From contig JBAZJZ010000001.1 in NCBI GenBank assembly GCA_041650995.1, positions 491,302-555,301 on the forward strand: a DNA stretch of 64,000 nucleotides. Reading direction: 5' to 3'. The notes under the pieces were generated by a model. It made no database searches, was not told the DNA's origin, and worked only from the letters and a program-made list of their open reading frames with translations. Below are positions 16,792-26,493 of the stretch, piece after piece (the stretch's first letter is position 1; each line of letters begins with the position of its first letter). The position numbers were made by a program, and so were the translations under genes. This stretch comes from Patescibacteria group bacterium. GTDB lineage: Bacteria > Patescibacteriota > Patescibacteriia > XYB2-FULL-38-15.

Positions 16792-19700
16792 TTATCTTAC
16801 GGTAAAGTAAATACTGCGTTCTCCGCCAATACTTTCGATTGGCGGCGCTGGTGCCGGAATAACTGGTGAGGAATCAAGTCCAAAGTCAACCGTACCGTCT
16901 AAATTATAAGTAACATTATAATTACCACTCGGCGTTCCACTCACATAAACAATTCTGAGATGATGCCGGCCTCTTGATAAGGTGTTTACTGCTGCAAACG
17001 TTGATCGACAAACTTCATCACCCCACGCACAAACTCTCCACTGGACAACTTTATGATTATCAATGTAAACGTCGAAAATATCATCGTCGACGCCAGTGAC
17101 GCGTAAATTTACTGTCGCACAATTTGTCTCGCCGTCCATACAACCATCAACATTACTATTATCATTTGGATCGCAAGCGTCAATTATTCCGTCATTATCA
17201 GCATCCGGATTTCTCGCACCGCTAGGCCCATATTTTCTATTGTCGCAAGCTTGGCCAGCGGCGCAAGTGATAGCACAAGATGCCGGACTACAAGTCGGCG
17301 CGGCTAAATCATATGGTTTTGCCCAAGGATTTGAAGTATCAACGCAGATCCAATTCGCGGGATAGGCCGGTAAATGGCTATCGCACTGCTCTGTTCCATT
17401 AACTGTACCATCGCCGCAAGTCGGACCGCTTGCAGTTCGCAAGGTGCATTCGCGGCTGCAATAATTGCAAGTTGAACCATATGGCGCCGTGCACGGCGTG
17501 CCATTGACCGCATCTCCGGAATCGCACGCCTCTATTCCGGCTCTTGTAAACCCGTCGCCGCAACGGGAACTTTGACAATTAACGCAAGCATCAGTATTTA
17601 TGTCATTACCATCGTCACATTGTTCGCCACCCTGCACAATTCCGTCACCACATTCCCCTGTCACGGTGCAAGAGCTCCAGCCTTCGTCTTGCCAACGGCA
17701 TTGTCTTATATCACCAGGTATTTCACAATTTAAAGTTCTGACCCTTGGATAACCCGTTCCTGTCTCTGGGGCACATAACAGACATTCCTCACCTGACCCG
17801 CAATCCGCGTTACTTTCACAAATTACAGTATAATAGCTAGGAAGGATTGGACTTTCTGGACTTAAATATTCCTCAACCGGAACACAAACACCTCTTGAGG
17901 AAATTTGATTTCTATCACACTCCTCTTGCGGTTCATCCACCACTGTATTCCCACAATATGGCGCCGAGCCAACACAACCCGCGGCGCAATACGGCGTGCC
18001 GTCAGGTTTTTTTCCATATCGGCCATTATCCGCTCCATCGTCGCACCGTTCACCGTAAGCACTTTGCAAAATTCCATCACCACAATAACCGCCGCTCATT
18101 CGGCAAACCGTGGAGCACTGATATTGATTTGTCGGCAATGTCCCGCCACCCGGAATTCTTCCCCCTCCCGGTCCGCGGTCGCAGGCTTCGCCAGTATCAA
18201 TAATTCCATTACCACAAGTGGCAAGACATGTCCCCCAATCATTCCAGCGGCAAGTAGCTAAATTACAAGTACGGCTTTGGCGGCCGTTTGCGCCGCTCGA
18301 GGCGGTACAAACTTGTTCGTTAACGCGGCATGTTCCGCCGCCACAATCCGCGTCAGTCCGGCAAGAAATTGTCGGATCATTAGAGCACGTATTTGCCAAA
18401 CTTGGTTCGCATTCTTCGCTGGCGTTAATTATTCCGTCGCCGCAAATTCCGCCCACGCTGTAAATTGTGTTATTGCAAACGTCTTCATATTGGATTCTTG
18501 ACGGATGCGCTGCCCGGAACCAATGCCAGCTTGGATTTGTTTCCGGAGGAATCATGTATTCTAAATCACTACCAATATTATAAAATCCCGTTTCTGACTC
18601 ATAACGATATTGATAAATATGCGATAAGCCTGGGCAAACGTAAGACTCTCCACTTGTATTCCAGCAAGTATCGGCGCTGTAAGGATCCAGACAACCTTGA
18701 AATTTATTTAATGGGTCAGTCGGCAAGCCGCCGCCGAGCTCCTGGCCAAGGGTTGCCCAAGAGTCCCATTTGCTAGTGGAAATCCCGCGGACATACGAAC
18801 CCGCTTCCAATTTTGGCGGATAGCCTCGCATGGCCATATATCTTTCCACTGCCTCTTTAATTTTATCCAAATCAGATAAACGCTGGACATCGCGCGCCAG
18901 TTTATCTTTTGGCGAATCACATAAAAATTGTGTCGGAGTTTGTGGACAATCTAAATCCGCTGAACAAGAAATTACCGCGCCATCCGCATCTCGCGCCACG
19001 ACTCCCTCGGCGTTACGGCACACTTTGTTGTTCGCCAAATTAATATTAAATTTCCAATTATCCACTAACTGATTATAAATATCAATCGTGTCTTGGCTCG
19101 CGCCTTCATTATATGAAATTAAATAAACATTTGTATAAATATCCGGTTCGGAACCAGAACCGTCCGCACCTCTCGGTTGATTGGCCGCTGAAACATAAAT
19201 CGTCCGGCCGTCTTCCGCCGCTTGATATTGGTCAATTGTTTTTCCGCCCGAAGCTGATGGCCTGAATCCCTGAGCTAAATACCAATCAAACAAAGCCAGG
19301 TGATTTTTGTTTGTGTAAATTCTAATGCCAATCGCGTCAGACGAGCTTTGACATGAGCCGCCCCCTGGGGCGCAAGGACTTTCCGTGTTGCAAGGAAGTT
19401 TGGAAAGAGTGCAGTAACTTCCGCCGACAAACAAGAAATATTCCCTGAGCAAAAAATCTGTCGAGCCGACAGGCGCGGGCGGATTATTTACAACCGGCGG
19501 ATCGCTAATTGTCGGCAAATCGTCGCCAAAACCAATTTCTCCCCTATCCTGACAATAATATGTTTCAAAGTTATATGTTTCATCAATCAATGCTTCCCCG
19601 GTCACACCAAACCTGTCTGGCCACGGATTTTCACAAAGGAAAACTGTTATGTCGGCTCCGCTGCTTATAACTTTCCCCACGGTGCGCGGCGACAAAACTG

Positions 19701-22700
19701 TATCCGTCGTAATTTTTGCCGAAACCAAAATTCTTGCTTCGCCATTTTTATTTTGCGCTGTCGCTGTCTGGCGCTCGCTAAATTGGCAAATACCCCCTGA
19801 ACCACAATCACTATTTCTATTACATCTAGTTCCTGTTTCAACGCAAGATCCCTCGGGAACCAAGTCAACTACAGTTAAATCGTTGGACAACCAATCCTGC
19901 CATTCCCAGTAATAAACATCCGGAAGGCGAGAAAGCATTCTCCCTCGCGCGTCACGGGCCGTGGCAAGAAATTCATGAGTTTCTTCGCTTCGCGTAAAGA
20001 CATAAGAAGCGGGAGAAACTACTACTTGGCTCAAAGCACAAATACTGCTTCCAGTTTCAAAATCCCACCGATAAATTTCCCTGCCACTATAAGCTTCTGG
20101 ATATTCACCATACAACCTTCCGCCTCCCAAAGCCACACCTTTTGAATTTCTAATTCCTTTAATTTCCGGCGATCCGGGATTATCACCTAAAAGTAAAACT
20201 CTATACCTGCGTCCGCCGTCAAAAGCTTTAGTCGGGCTAAAGCTTGCTTCGGTCACCAAATCACTGCCCTTACTTACAACTGTAGATGACGCCGTTCCTG
20301 GCCAGACACACCATGGAGAGGGCGGAGCGGCGCTCACTGGCCGGCCAAACAATGCTTGGCTTAACTGGTTAATTACATTTTTAACTTGACTCAAAATTTC
20401 TAAATCTTTTTCTATTTTGGAAATCGGCTTGATTAATAATCTCGCGATCGGCACTGGCAGCCATTTTTTTATTTTTTGAACAAAGTGGAAACCACCCGTT
20501 TCTTCTCCGGTCCACAAAGCCAGAGAAGTTGTCCCCTCAGGGCACGCGCCGCCGTAATCGCCAACCACTAAAATATTCCCTGTTATGCTTGCCGTTTCCA
20601 TTATTTGATCAAAAGTCACGGAAATTTTAGCATTGCGGCAGACATCAACCGCTCCGGATTCACAAGCAGTTGCGCCATCCCGAGTAGGATCGCAGTTTGC
20701 TACTTTCGGTTTAAAATAGCAGCAAGTATTCCGACCCACTCCTAGCACACAATCAGCATCACTTGTGCAGGTTTGCGAAGTCGTCCCCTCGCACACATGA
20801 GATGGCATACATGACAAATGAATCGCTCCACAATCTTGTCCGCCGCAGCGCAAAGTTAAATCACCGCTATCAGATTTTCCTTCGGTCTCAGCAAAAATTT
20901 CCGTAGTGCTGGAATTTACTCCGGCAGCCACAGCTTCTGGCGCAAGATCAATTGCTGTTGCCGTTTGGTATGGATCAATTCTCGTATCTCTAACTGTTCC
21001 CTCGTTTAAACAAGTTACGCTGCAACCATCACCAGAAACCGCGTTCCCGTCATCACAATCTTCGCCGCGTTCTACTGAACGATTTCCGCAAACTCCCCCG
21101 CCGGCTACAGATCCTTCGTGCTGACAGATATTATTACATCCGTCGCCCGAACGAGTATTTCCGTCGTCGCAGTCCTCGCCCACGTCAATAACTCTATTGC
21201 CACAATGAGTTGATCCTTCATTTAAACAAGCTCCCGCTCCGCCGCAGGGCGTACCAATTCCTGGCGGACAGCCAGTGCACCCGTCGAGAGAAACTGTGTT
21301 GCCGTCATCACAATCTTCGCCAAATTCTTTTACACTATTTCCGCAAGACGGATAATTATTGTTATTTGTAATCGTCGCTACTCCCGGATCGGCCGAAGTC
21401 CATCTCCAATTGTAGTCCATAACAGAAAGACGCTGACCGATCGGACTGCAAAGATCTGGATTACTAAAAGGCGTGGAAGAATAATTTTGTGTTTCGCCGA
21501 TAAAATTTAAAATTGCATTTTGCGGATTAACCACGACACGATCCACAGTGCAAGGATTGGTATCATCTTTAGTCTTGAAAGACCAAGAGTATGAATTTGG
21601 ACTCCCGACCGGATAATTTAAATCAGTCAAATGAACACCGCTTGCTGATGTTACATCATCGGAAATTACCGCGCGATAAAAAGTATTGGGTAAAAATAGT
21701 GTGCCTGCGGGTGGAGCAATTATTAATTTCTTTGTCGTATCATTATAAGAAAGACCCAAAGGAAGAACTTCTGTCAACGGCCGTGTCCCTTCATTTAAAC
21801 AAGTTATTGTGTTACAACCTGCGGGAAATGGCGAACCATCACAATCCTCACCCTCTTCAATAATTCCATTGCCACAATTTGGTCCGAGATTTCCCTCATT
21901 TAAACAGGTTACGCGATTACAACGCTCCGGAAACGGCACGCCATCGCAATCTTCTCCTGTCTCCCGGCGGTCATTACCGCAATATGATCCATAACGCGCG
22001 TTTGATCCTTCATTTAAACAAGTCTCACTGCAACCATCACCAGAAACCGCATTCCCGTCATCACAATCTTCGCCTGGCTCAAGCACACCATTACCACATT
22101 TCCAAATATAAAGATGAACATTCGCCGCGCTCTCCACGCTCGCCCGATTCATATTTGTATTAAATTCCGCGCCGATTTCCGCGTTAATACAAGCGTCGCT
22201 GCAATTCGGCCAACTATCTTTTACCTTTGGATCAGTAAAATCTATGGTCAAATTTCCCGAGCCAGACTTTATTTCACTCGGAATCTCGCCAGTAATCCGA
22301 ACCGGCGAGCCAACTTCTGTTTCTGCCCGAGCTGTAGCAATGGTACGCGGAGTCGCACTGATTGCAACTACTGCCCTTATAATATCTGATGAAGTCCAGC
22401 GCCAATCATACGGACTACAGTCAATAGTTAGACAAACATCACCGGCGGCGTAACAAAGGCCATTATAATCTTGCGTCGCGTCAACACTCGTCAATGTCAT
22501 TTCATAAGGCAAAACTCCCACCAAACCAATCGCGCAAGTTTCGTCACTGTCGCGAGTTTTAAATTGCCAAACATAGTCCCCGCCTTCCACACCGTCTCGA
22601 TCGCCGTCCAAGAAAAATCCTCCGTCCGGACATCCGACGCCGCCGAGACAACTTTTTATTCCTGTGCCTGCAGCCACATCACTTTTTAAAGTTACTTGAT

Positions 22701-25512
22701 ACCAAGTATTTCGCGCCCAGCTGGTTGCAGGTTGAAAAACAAAACCATCCCGATCAGAAGAAATGGCCTCATGTTGAGGATAAAGCGCTCGCGCGGGTTT
22801 TATAGTTCTGGCTACACATGTTTGGTCAGCGCACTCTTCTACTAAAATATTTTCACTATTTATTGACGCTGAATTTATTTTTGTCGTAAAATGAGCTCTA
22901 ACCTCGGCGTTAACACAAACCCGGTCTCCGCCATCTCGTCCAATCCAGGGCGAGGGAGAAGGCGGTGGCGGTGGCGGATTACTACAACTTTCCACCACTT
23001 GCGGATAAATCGGAAGCTGACCAGTAGAAAATTGCCAGAAATAATATCCTCTACCAGCGGCAGCCGCGCAAGCCACGGCGCAACTGCCATCGCGGCAGCA
23101 TTGCTCCCCCGAAGGACAAGCCGCGCCCGCGCGGCAATCTTGAACTATAAAATTAACGCTATTACCCGTGGCTCCCCCGGAAGTAATATTAACCGGACCA
23201 GTTTGGGCTCCTGTTGGCACGGCCGTAGAAATCTCTGTGCCATCAATCGGCGTAACCGTCGCGGGAGTCGCGCGATAAAAATTAACTAAAGCGGACGCTC
23301 CAAATCTCTCTCCATCAATTCTCACCGGTAAATCAATCGGCCCGTTATCTAGAGTAATTTTACAAATGCCCGGCCCGGCCGTCCCTATATCAACCGTAAA
23401 ATCTGAGGTGGTTAAATCACTTGTATCATCAGACTGGCCGCCCGCGGTTCCCGCGGTTGTAATTTTCAAAACATCTGTTACCGCACCGGCCGGTACCTTT
23501 ACAATAATTTGATCATTTTTCCACCAATCTGCGCCGCAAGCCGCGGGAAAATCAGTCGCGGCTAAAATATCCGCGCCCAAAGCGTTCTTAAAAAATACCT
23601 GACCAGTCGCGTCCCCGAAATTGGCGCCGAAAATCGTCACATACTCGCCCACCGGTCCGTGCGTCGGAGAAAAACTTAAAATTCTCGGAGCGGCGGCCGT
23701 CGCGACAACTCTAAAATTAATTGGATTGCTATTTTGTCCGCCAACCACGACCTGAGCCGGAATGGTCGCCGGAGCAATTAAAGGGACAACCGCGCCAATA
23801 CTTGTGGCCGTCCAAAGAATAACTCGTTCGGCTCGCGTACCGCCAAAAAGAATTTCACTTGTTCCTTGTGTTCCGCCAAATTGTGTGCCGGCAACAACGA
23901 CTTCGAAACGGGGTTCTCCGCTGTCTGGCGTGATGGAACAAATTCCCGGCCGGCTTGTATCATTCACATCAAAATTCGGCAAAACCGGACCGCGTTCATC
24001 ATCAGTTTGGTCAGTGTAGTCGGCCGCAGTCGCGCCGGTTGGCGGTGGAACAACAACTTTAATCGGACCATCAGTCGCACCCGCGGGCACAACCACAATA
24101 ATCTGATTATTTTGCCATGTGGCTGAAGCGGGACAAGCAGGCGACCCAGCTAATACAGTATTAAAATAAACCTGTCCGAGGACATCGCCAAAACCTTCCC
24201 CATAAATTGTCACATAATTTCCCACTGCGCCGTCATTTGGCAAAACCGCGGTAATTGTAGGCAATGTTCGGCAAACCCCGCCAATGCACGTGCCGCTTCG
24301 GCAGTCGGCGCCGCTCGTGCAAGATCCTCCATCACAAGTTCCGCAATCAGCTCCGCCGCAATCAAGTCCGGTTTCGTCTCCATCTTGGCTACCATTAAAA
24401 CAATGTGCCGCTCGGACAATAACATCCACGCCGCCGGAAGTCGTATTATTTGAATCAATATCAAAAGCTTTAGCAGTTAAAGTATGCCGCGAACCAGCCA
24501 CGATGCCGGTCGTATCCCAGTCAAAAATTGAAGAATAATCACGCGGCGTTGGGCCACTTGGCGCGTCTGTGCCGAGCGTTCCGCCATTTGAAAAATATTC
24601 CAAATAAGAAACTCCCGCATCATCAGTGGCGTGCGCTTCAATTGAAACTATTACGTCCGCGGAAACCGATTGCCCCGGATCAGGATAAGTAATTCTCACT
24701 TCCGGTCCGGTCACGTCAACTAAATTTCCTGTTGTAAAATTGGCAATACAATTTGGCGCGAGCCCGCCGCAAACCAAATTTCTGCCATCAGCGCTTCTGA
24801 GCCCTGTTGTCGCTTCCACGGTAAATTCCGTATCCCCATCAAAACACTTTCTATCTTCATTCGGCGCCGGACAATTAGCGCTCGGAGTAAATTCCACGAC
24901 CGTGCCGGAAGCACTCGCCGTTCCGTCCACCAAACTTCCGTCAGTCGTTTTTTTCACGGTTAAATTTCCAGTTAAAGTTGTCGCGTCAACATCTTTATTA
25001 AAGACAACCCGCACAACAACATTACGAATTGGAATCGCGCCATTCGGCTGAATACCGCGAATAACAAAAGAGTCTGAAGGCAAACCACCGCCGCCTCCGC
25101 CTCCACCGCCGCCTCCGCCTCCACCGCCGGGAGTTATGCCAGTCGCTTCCATTAATCTATTTAAAACAAACTGGGTAATCCCAAAAGAAAAAATAATAAT
25201 AATCAAACCAATCACGCCGTTTACCAAAATCTTTTTTGCCTTACTGATTCTTTCTTCATTGCCGGCTGCCGTCATCCAAACAAAACCGCCGTATAAAACA
25301 ATGGCCACAGCCACAATTCCCAAAAACCCAAGCGCCACGCGAATAATCTGCGCTGCGACAACTCGAGGATCTTGGGTTGGCAAAGCGATTTCATTCCCCA
25401 CTTCGTTCACGCCAAAATCCTGGGCAAAAATCGTTGTAGCAAATAAAAATCCACTTGTGATTAAAAACAAGGTGAAAAGGATTTTTAAAATTTTTCTCTC
25501 GTGTGGTTTCAT
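16792..25512 (-). CDS. Giant 2906-aa surface protein: signal peptide, VirB2/TrbC-like pilin, poly-Gly, Ig-like/IPT-TIG domains, Myxococcus-type Cys-rich repeats
   Basis: Pilin-like GFLGIVAVAIVLYGGFVWMTAAGNEE..KAKK; G15 linker; P-x-G-x-x-G-x-x-V-x-I-x-G-x-x-FG IPT repeats; many CGNG..E.GEDCDDGN repeats. Confidence 0.85.
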   Translation of the reverse strand: MKPHERKILKILFTLFLITSGFLFATTIFAQDFGVNEVGNEIALPTQDPRVVAAQIIRVALGFLGIVAVAIVLYGGFVWMTAAGNEERISKAKKILVNGVIGLIIIIFSFGITQFVLNRLMEATGITPGGGGGGGGGGGGGGGLPSDSFVIRGIQPNGAIPIRNVVVRVVFNKDVDATTLTGNLTVKKTTDGSLVDGTASASGTVVEFTPSANCPAPNEDRKCFDGDTEFTVEATTGLRSADGRNLVCGGLAPNCIANFTTGNLVDVTGPEVRITYPDPGQSVSADVIVSIEAHATDDAGVSYLEYFSNGGTLGTDAPSGPTPRDYSSIFDWDTTGIVAGSRHTLTAKAFDIDSNNTTSGGVDVIVRAAHCFNGSQDGDETGLDCGGADCGTCDGGSCTSGADCRSGTCIGGVCRTLPTITAVLPNDGAVGNYVTIYGEGFGDVLGQVYFNTVLAGSPACPASATWQNNQIIVVVPAGATDGPIKVVVPPPTGATAADYTDQTDDERGPVLPNFDVNDTSRPGICSITPDSGEPRFEVVVAGTQFGGTQGTSEILFGGTRAERVILWTATSIGAVVPLIAPATIPAQVVVGGQNSNPINFRVVATAAAPRILSFSPTHGPVGEYVTIFGANFGDATGQVFFKNALGADILAATDFPAACGADWWKNDQIIVKVPAGAVTDVLKITTAGTAGGQSDDTSDLTTSDFTVDIGTAGPGICKITLDNGPIDLPVRIDGERFGASALVNFYRATPATVTPIDGTEISTAVPTGAQTGPVNITSGGATGNSVNFIVQDCRAGAACPSGEQCCRDGSCAVACAAAAGRGYYFWQFSTGQLPIYPQVVESCSNPPPPPPSPSPWIGRDGGDRVCVNAEVRAHFTTKINSASINSENILVEECADQTCVARTIKPARALYPQHEAISSDRDGFVFQPATSWARNTWYQVTLKSDVAAGTGIKSCLGGVGCPDGGFFLDGDRDGVEGGDYVWQFKTRDSDETCAIGLVGVLPYEMTLTSVDATQDYNGLCYAAGDVCLTIDCSPYDWRWTSSDIIRAVVAISATPRTIATARAETEVGSPVRITGEIPSEIKSGSGNLTIDFTDPKVKDSWPNCSDACINAEIGAEFNTNMNRASVESAANVHLYIWKCGNGVLEPGEDCDDGNAVSGDGCSETCLNEGSNARYGSYCGNDRRETGEDCDGVPFPERCNRVTCLNEGNLGPNCGNGIIEEGEDCDGSPFPAGCNTITCLNEGTRPLTEVLPLGLSYNDTTKKLIIAPPAGTLFLPNTFYRAVISDDVTSASGVHLTDLNYPVGSPNSYSWSFKTKDDTNPCTVDRVVVNPQNAILNFIGETQNYSSTPFSNPDLCSPIGQRLSVMDYNWRWTSADPGVATITNNNNYPSCGNSVKEFGEDCDDGNTVSLDGCTGCPPGIGTPCGGAGACLNEGSTHCGNRVIDVGEDCDDGNTRSGDGCNNICQHEGSVAGGGVCGNRSVERGEDCDDGNAVSGDGCSVTCLNEGTVRDTRIDPYQTATAIDLAPEAVAAGVNSSTTEIFAETEGKSDSGDLTLRCGGQDCGAIHLSCMPSHVCEGTTSQTCTSDADCVLGVGRNTCCYFKPKVANCDPTRDGATACESGAVDVCRNAKISVTFDQIMETASITGNILVVGDYGGACPEGTTSLALWTGEETGGFHFVQKIKKWLPVPIARLLIKPISKIEKDLEILSQVKNVINQLSQALFGRPVSAAPPSPWCVWPGTASSTVVSKGSDLVTEASFSPTKAFDGGRRYRVLLLGDNPGSPEIKGIRNSKGVALGGGRLYGEYPEAYSGREIYRWDFETGSSICALSQVVVSPASYVFTRSEETHEFLATARDARGRMLSRLPDVYYWEWQDWLSNDLTVVDLVPEGSCVETGTRCNRNSDCGSGGICQFSERQTATAQNKNGEARILVSAKITTDTVLSPRTVGKVISSGADITVFLCENPWPDRFGVTGEALIDETYNFETYYCQDRGEIGFGDDLPTISDPPVVNNPPAPVGSTDFLLREYFLFVGGSYCTLSKLPCNTESPCAPGGGSCQSSSDAIGIRIYTNKNHLALFDWYLAQGFRPSASGGKTIDQYQAAEDGRTIYVSAANQPRGADGSGSEPDIYTNVYLISYNEGASQDTIDIYNQLVDNWKFNINLANNKVCRNAEGVVARDADGAVISCSADLDCPQTPTQFLCDSPKDKLARDVQRLSDLDKIKEAVERYMAMRGYPPKLEAGSYVRGISTSKWDSWATLGQELGGGLPTDPLNKFQGCLDPYSADTCWNTSGESYVCPGLSHIYQYRYESETGFYNIGSDLEYMIPPETNPSWHWFRAAHPSRIQYEDVCNNTIYSVGGICGDGIINASEECEPSLANTCSNDPTISCRTDADCGGGTCRVNEQVCTASSGANGRQSRTCNLATCRWNDWGTCLATCGNGIIDTGEACDRGPGGGRIPGGGTLPTNQYQCSTVCRMSGGYCGDGILQSAYGERCDDGADNGRYGKKPDGTPYCAAGCVGSAPYCGNTVVDEPQEECDRNQISSRGVCVPVEEYLSPESPILPSYYTVICESNADCGSGEECLLCAPETGTGYPRVRTLNCEIPGDIRQCRWQDEGWSSCTVTGECGDGIVQGGEQCDDGNDINTDACVNCQSSRCGDGFTRAGIEACDSGDAVNGTPCTAPYGSTCNYCSRECTLRTASGPTCGDGTVNGTEQCDSHLPAYPANWICVDTSNPWAKPYDLAAPTCSPASCAITCAAGQACDNRKYGPSGARNPDADNDGIIDACDPNDNSNVDGCMDGETNCATVNLRVTGVDDDIFDVYIDNHKVVQWRVCAWGDEVCRSTFAAVNTLSRGRHHLRIVYVSGTPSGNYNVTYNLDGTVDFGLDSSPVIPAPAPPIESIGGERSIYFTVR

Positions 25513-25574
25513 AATCTGGCCACACTAAAAATTATTGATAACCTGAAACTTTAAACTTTTTTGTTATTCTAAAT

Positions 25575-26474
25575 CTATTTTAATGTGAATGTCTTAATAA
25601 TCTGTTTGATTTCATCGGCAATCACAGACCATTTTTGGTTCTCCATCCCCGGCGCTCCTGCAAAATCTCCCGCGCCCTGGTAATAAAATGCGTATTGATT
25701 ATTTTCTTTAATAAAAGTATGAGGATAATCAATATTTTCCGGATCATTTTTGTCTTCCAATCTTACAATATCAATTTTTATCCAACGATCTTTGTTTATT
25801 TTGGAAACGAGATCCATCGCCTTCACAATTTTATCCGCCCCAAGATTTAGGACATCTTTTTCTTCAATCGCTCCCCACTCCACGGGAAAAACCAATGAAA
25901 ATCCATATTCACTATTTGTATAGGTGGTGGGTGTCGTAGCTGGTTTTAAAGTTAACTTAAAAGAATCGCTCTTTGCTTCATCCGGGGCGCAAAATACGCC
26001 GTTTACCCAACTCAATTGATATTCTTGATTTTCATCAAGCGAAACCACGACAAACTCGCTCGGCCAACTTTCCATCTCACCTGTCGGTTCATAAATGATT
26101 TCAAAATTTCCGCCAGCATCAACTTTATCTCCTCCGGTCAAATTTGACGCCATACTCAAACAACTCGGATCCATTTCGGAAACTGGAAATAGCCAAACTG
26201 TATAATTCGGCGTAGCTTTTCCCGTAATTTTTATACCTTCCGGAGAATTTTCCACTGTTGCTCCGCTTAACGGTGAAGTTACAGTCGGTTTAACAATTGT
26301 GGTTTGGACCGAAGCCGATTCTGGCACAGTTGGCTCGGCTTCTTTTGATTCCATATTTTGCCACCAATAAACTCCCCCGCCGACGATAAGAGCCGTGAGA
26401 ACCACGGAAATTAACACCGCAATGACGGGAAATTTTTTAGGACTGGCTGGCTGCGTGATCGGCTGGTTTTCCAT
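25575..26474 (-). CDS. Hypothetical membrane-anchored protein (Ig-like plus PsbP-like)
   Basis: N-terminal TM ending GGGVYWWQ; YTNSEYGFSLVFP.. and IIKTF motifs typical of CPR PsbP-like domains. Confidence 0.6.
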   Translation of the reverse strand: MENQPITQPASPKKFPVIAVLISVVLTALIVGGGVYWWQNMESKEAEPTVPESASVQTTIVKPTVTSPLSGATVENSPEGIKITGKATPNYTVWLFPVSEMDPSCLSMASNLTGGDKVDAGGNFEIIYEPTGEMESWPSEFVVVSLDENQEYQLSWVNGVFCAPDEAKSDSFKLTLKPATTPTTYTNSEYGFSLVFPVEWGAIEEKDVLNLGADKIVKAMDLVSKINKDRWIKIDIVRLEDKNDPENIDYPHTFIKENNQYAFYYQGAGDFAGAPGMENQKWSVIADEIKQIIKTFTLK

Positions 26475-26493
26475 AAAATTTTAAATTATAAAT

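Noticed and set aside
21020-22074. Possible DGR template/variable repeat pair
   Set aside because: Only one mismatch, both copies are in-frame modules of one gene, and there is no reverse transcriptase in the window.
16792-25512. Numerous short ORFs antisense to or nested in the giant gene and other housekeeping genes
   Set aside because: Shadow ORFs with no recognisable motifs that overlap well-supported genes.
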